A stretch of DNA of 64,000 nt from assembly GCA_051294375.1 (NCBI GenBank), contig CM119268.1, positions 2,338,232 through 2,402,231 of the forward strand, in the 5' to 3' direction. The DNA comes from Paraspadella gotoi. Taxonomy: Eukaryota > Animalia > Chaetognatha. Within the stretch, counting starts at the first letter, position 1. Each line of letters begins with the position of its first letter. Shown one piece after another: positions 59,780 to 64,000 of this stretch. The notes beneath the pieces were generated by a model. The model did not search any database and was not told the origin of the DNA. It saw only the letters and a list, made by a program, of their open reading frames with translations. Made by a program: the position numbers and the translations under genes.

Positions 59780-62700
59780 CAGAGGATTAAGTGCCCTAAC
59801 TTTATATATTCTCCTAAAAGAAAAAATACAAAGTCTTTTCCTAATTCTATTGAATAAATTCTCAAAATTCGTAGATTAAACTCGGCGTTAATTATAATTA
59901 ATTATACATAAAATAAGACTAACAGCGGATTAGCTGGTCGTTCTTTTGCTTAAAGGATGAGCGAAATGCCGTCGATTAAATTTCCCTTAACTCACCCTAA
60001 CTCACCCGAAGTCAACTCGTCTCCTTTTTCAAACTTGCGTCACGCGGTCATTTTGTCAACGTTTTTTGCCATCTCACCGGAAAAATAAAAATTTCTGACT
60101 CCGGAGTTAACATTTTCACATTTCATAAGTGAAGAAAAAAAGGAAAAAAGAAAATGACTCCAACCTTTTTTAGCGACGCTGAATTTCCTCACTTCCCCCC
60201 CCNNNNNNNNNNNNNNNNNNNNNNNNNNNNNNNNNNNNNNNNNNNNNNNNNNNNNNNNNNNNNNNNNNNNNNNNNNNNNNNNNNNNNNNNNNNNNNNNNN
60301 NNNNNNNNNNNNNNNNNNNNNNNNNNNNNNNNNNNNNNNNNNNNNNNNNNNNNNNNNNNNNNNNNNNNNNNNNNNNNNNNNNNNNNNNNNNNNNNNNNNN
60401 NNNNNNNNNNNNNNNNNNNNNNNNNNNNNNNNNNNNNNNNNNNNNNNNNNNNNNNNNNNNNGGAAGGGTGCTGGTGGGTGGATTGAGTAGTAGGGTGGAC
60501 CTCTCGAGAACTAAAAATTGATTTGAGTTATCAAACAAGGATAATTAGATGCCAGATAGTATGATTATGAATACAAAAAATATTTTGTTCATATTGTTTG
60601 GGGAATAGATTCATAAAAAACAATATATTTATAGTAATAACCTTATCAAATAGTAAATCTTAAAAATAGTTTTTTTAAAGATTCAGATTTCTCTTAAAAA
60701 GTTACATCAAAATTATAAAACTAAAAATTATAATAAATTTTGTTAATTACATATACAAAGGCAGCAAAATAATAATGTTCAATCGCTCCACCCTATTGAG
60801 TAGGGTCGAGGAAAACCCGAGTTTTTTTTCTTTTCTTTTTTTCTTTTCCATTTTTTCCCTTTTTTTCCCTTTTTTTGGTTGGAGGCGATTAAATGGGCGG
60901 CTGGTGACGCGAAATGCCGGTGGTTGAGATGCGGGGGTGCGTCAGGGCGATTAGGGAAAGGGGTGGTTGTCGGGGTGGTGGTCGTGGTGGTGGTCGGGGT
61001 GGTGGATTGTAGATCGTAGAGGGTAACTTAAAAAAAACTGATTTCAATAACGACGAATTCAATGCGGACAAAAATTGATGCAAGGACGCAATGAGACGGT
61101 GATTTAATGACGCAGTGACGCTTATTGAATGACGCAATGATGTGAAAGTGAAAAAGGAAAACCCCGTGGCTGAATCAAGGTGGAAAGGGAATCTAGGAAA
61201 AAGACGAACGAAGGCGAAAAAGGCGAAAAAGGTTGGGACGAAAAAATGCTCACCCTTCTTCTTCTTCTTCTTTCTCTTCTTCTTCTTCTTCNNNNNNNNN
61301 NNNNNNNNNNNNNNNNNNNNNNNNNNNNNNNNNNNNNNNNNNNNNNNNNNNNNNNNNNNNNNNNNNNNNNNNNNNNNNNNNNNNNNNNNNNNNNNNNNNN
61401 NNNNNNNNNNNNNNNNNNNNNNNNNNNNNNNNNNNNNNNNNNNNNNNNNNNNNNNNNNNNNNNNNNNNNNNNNNNNNNNNNNNNNNNNNNNNNNNNNNNN
61501 NNNNNNNNNNNNNNNNNNNNNNNNNNNNNNNNNNNNNNNNNNNNNNNNNNNNNNNNNNNNNNNNNNNNNNNNNNNNNNNNNNNNNNNNNNNNNNNNNNNN
61601 NNNNNNNNNNNNNNNNNNNNNNNNNNNNNNNNNNNNNNNNNNNNNNNNNNNNNNNNNNNNNNNNNNNNNNNNNNNNNNNNNNNNNNNNNNNNNNNNNNNN
61701 NNNNNNNNNNNNNNNNNNNNNNNNNNNNNNNNNNNNNNNNNNNNNNNNNNNNNNNNNNNNNNNNNNNNNNNNNNNNNNNNNNNNNNNNNNNNNNNNNNNN
61801 NNNNNNNNNNNNNNNNNNNNNNNNNNNNNNNNNNNNNNNNNNNNNNNNNNNNNNNNNNNNNNNNNNNNNNNNNNNNNNNNNNNNNNNNNNNNNNNNNNNN
61901 NNNNNNNNNNNNNNNNNNNNNNNNNNNGTCGTCGTCTGTCGTCGTCGTCGTCGTCGTCGACTCGACGCTATGTAATATCAGTCCTCGCAAAAAAAAAAAG
62001 CCGCCGAAGAGGAAGTAAACGTTCACCCGGCAGAAAGACGACAGAGACTGAGAGAGAGAGAGAGAGAGAGAGGGAGAAGGAGAAGATGAGAGAGAGAGAG
62101 AGAAGAGGAAGCGGATTAAAGAAAAAGGGCCGACAAAAAAACTAGAGGAGTGAAATTCGAGGGAGTGAGAGAGAGTGAGAGAAGGGACAGAGAAGAACAG
62201 TCCACAGAAAGTGAGCAATGGATTCAGAGATTAAACTCTTTGTTTAGGAGTGATCAGCAATCGAGGATTCGTTGGGGGGAAGCGGGATCTTTCATAGTTG
62301 ACCCTGTGTTTGAGTATACTAGAGAGACCAGGACTGATCAGGGTTATACAGATTTATAGGATTTAATCACTAATTTAAAATTGACAATAGGAATGATATC
62401 TAGTTATGAATAGGGAAGACTTTGGTTGAATCTCTATCAAGTGTGCGACAAAGTTCCGGTATGTTCTATGTGAGCTTTAATAACTATATTCATATTATGT
62501 AGCGATAAGATGTCGCACATGTTTGATATATAGAAACGCAGATTAAAATCACGTTCTTCTCCAACGCAACAATTCAGAATAGAATTAAAAGACGAATTTA
62601 GGACAAAACTAATTTCCAGGGGTCAGCGCGTAAATTTTATGTGTAAAATATGATGATACTGCCTAGAAGAACTAACCCTCTTGCAAGTGAGAGATGACAA

Positions 62701-63789
62701 GAGGAAGTACGCACGTTCGCGACCGGAGAAGACGAGACCCGGGGGCAATCTAGAGACCACCGGGCATGTCGCGTCACCACCCCCCATGTAATCGGCCTCC
62801 AGCGACGAAAAGGAAGAAAAAAAGAGAAAGAAAGAAGAAAGACGAAAGAACGGAGGGCGGCGAACGCAGTGGTATAAGAGGTAGAGGAGCGAGCACGAGG
62901 ATGGGGGGATATAAGAACCCAATAGAGGTGAATGGGTGGTGGGGGGAGGAAAGGAAAGAAAGTGATACGTATGGTGGTGCTGAAGGATGACCGAGATGGG
63001 AAGTGATGAGAGTCCATGCTGCTAGGAGGTGGAAATACACGCCATCAGGGCAGATAACCGCTCAGAATACTCAATAAGGAACCTGTTATTCGTCTTTGGT
63101 TTGATCTAACACGATCGAGAGCTCGTCCCTCTGCTTGTTTATGCAGGCCACGCAGCCCGCTCCCTGGCGCCCCAGTGACCACTATCTGCCTTTCTTTTCC
63201 CCCCGGCCTCCTTTCCGAACCAAACGGCGCGCTGCTCGGGATCGAGTTGACTCCGAAATTCGCGGAGTCGTCTTTGACGGCCGGTCTCTCTGGCGGTCGT
63301 GTCAGGATATATTAGTCTCGGCGCTCCAGTGTTAAGGTGAGCGGAGTGTCCGAGAGTTATGCTCTTTTATTTTTTTTATTTATTTATTTAATGATTATAA
63401 TTAATTCTATGGGATGTGATAGAATTATAAATATCACATACATTACGCTATATATAGAATATAAGTAAATATAAGACTAGATTTATTAAGAGGATATTTA
63501 TTATATTATATTGTATTACTTGTACTATATGTTGAAGAGGAGGATATATCAGCTAGTATACCTTAGTTATATATATATATAAAGATGAGGATAAGATATA
63601 TATATTATATCCTCAGTCTTCTCGTGTGCTTAAGACAAATTGACTGACAGACTGACAAACAAACAGACGGACACGTCTCGATTTTTCACCGTTTAGGTTT
63701 CCAGGGGAAAAAATGGGAGTTTCAACGCACGTGAGTTGATATCCGTCGTGATTAATTTTTCACGCGCAAACTTGAAGTGATTCTCTGAG

Positions 63790-63833
<44 letters not shown>

Positions 63834-64000
63834 CTCATTGATTCCACTTTTCCTCGTCTTGGTTTCTCTTATTCGCCGTCGTTTNNNNNNNNNNAAGCCT
63901 GAATTCAGATTAAACTCTGTTTTAGGATCAGCAATCGAAATATCGTTGGGGAAAGAGAAAAATCTTCAAGTATGACCCTGTTTGAACTGAAATACCAGCA

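Larger units (their letters stand above)
52170..62610. repeat. Giant inverted repeat: left arm about 52170-55870 + 58214-58320, right arm about 58661-62610, with a further arm fragment at 63896-64000
   Basis: Continuous reverse-complement match, e.g. 53429 tcgggttttcctcgaccctactcaataggg vs 60792 ccctattgagtagggtcgaggaaaacccga, and 54760 gatatctcaggttataaccgg vs 59338 ccggttataacctgagatatc. Confidence 0.92.

Noticed and set aside
62615-63700. Unique-looking sequence with several short ORFs
   Set aside because: It lies between a decaying palindrome arm and a gap after which the arm resumes; probably a low-quality read tail.

Overview
Eukaryotic, most likely invertebrate animal, genomic DNA from a low-quality draft assembly: many N gaps, indel-rich patches that look like raw long reads, abundant (GA)n/(GAC)n/(TAAA)n microsatellites and a 730-bp poly-G run. 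Two intron-containing genes can be built by hand from GT-AG junctions. (1) A minus-strand 5-exon gene (10263-17750, about 1950 aa, needing two apparent 1-bp indel corrections) encodes a chromatin protein with an unusual architecture: a BAZ2/SETDB1-type MBD(TAM)-like domain, then a KDM2/FBXL19-type CXXC zinc finger plus PHD finger, then CtBP-type PxDLS/T motifs, with no JmjC, F-box or LRR visible. (2) A plus-strand MORN5 orthologue (44756-47346 or 47901) has a long extra C-terminus and a tandemly triplicated exon-3 splice donor. The rest is repeat architecture: a 2-kb foldback element with a 9-bp flanking duplication; a 36-bp minisatellite that reads KANAGEAKDEDE, with a single-unit paralogue nearby; a triplicated 0.65-kb segment; a 5.1/5.4-kb tandem duplication; and a >10-kb palindrome whose left arm alone carries a 2.3-kb TTAA-flanked TIR element. 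Most ORFs in the supplied track are microsatellite or antisense shadows. No database searches were run; family assignments come from recalled motifs.
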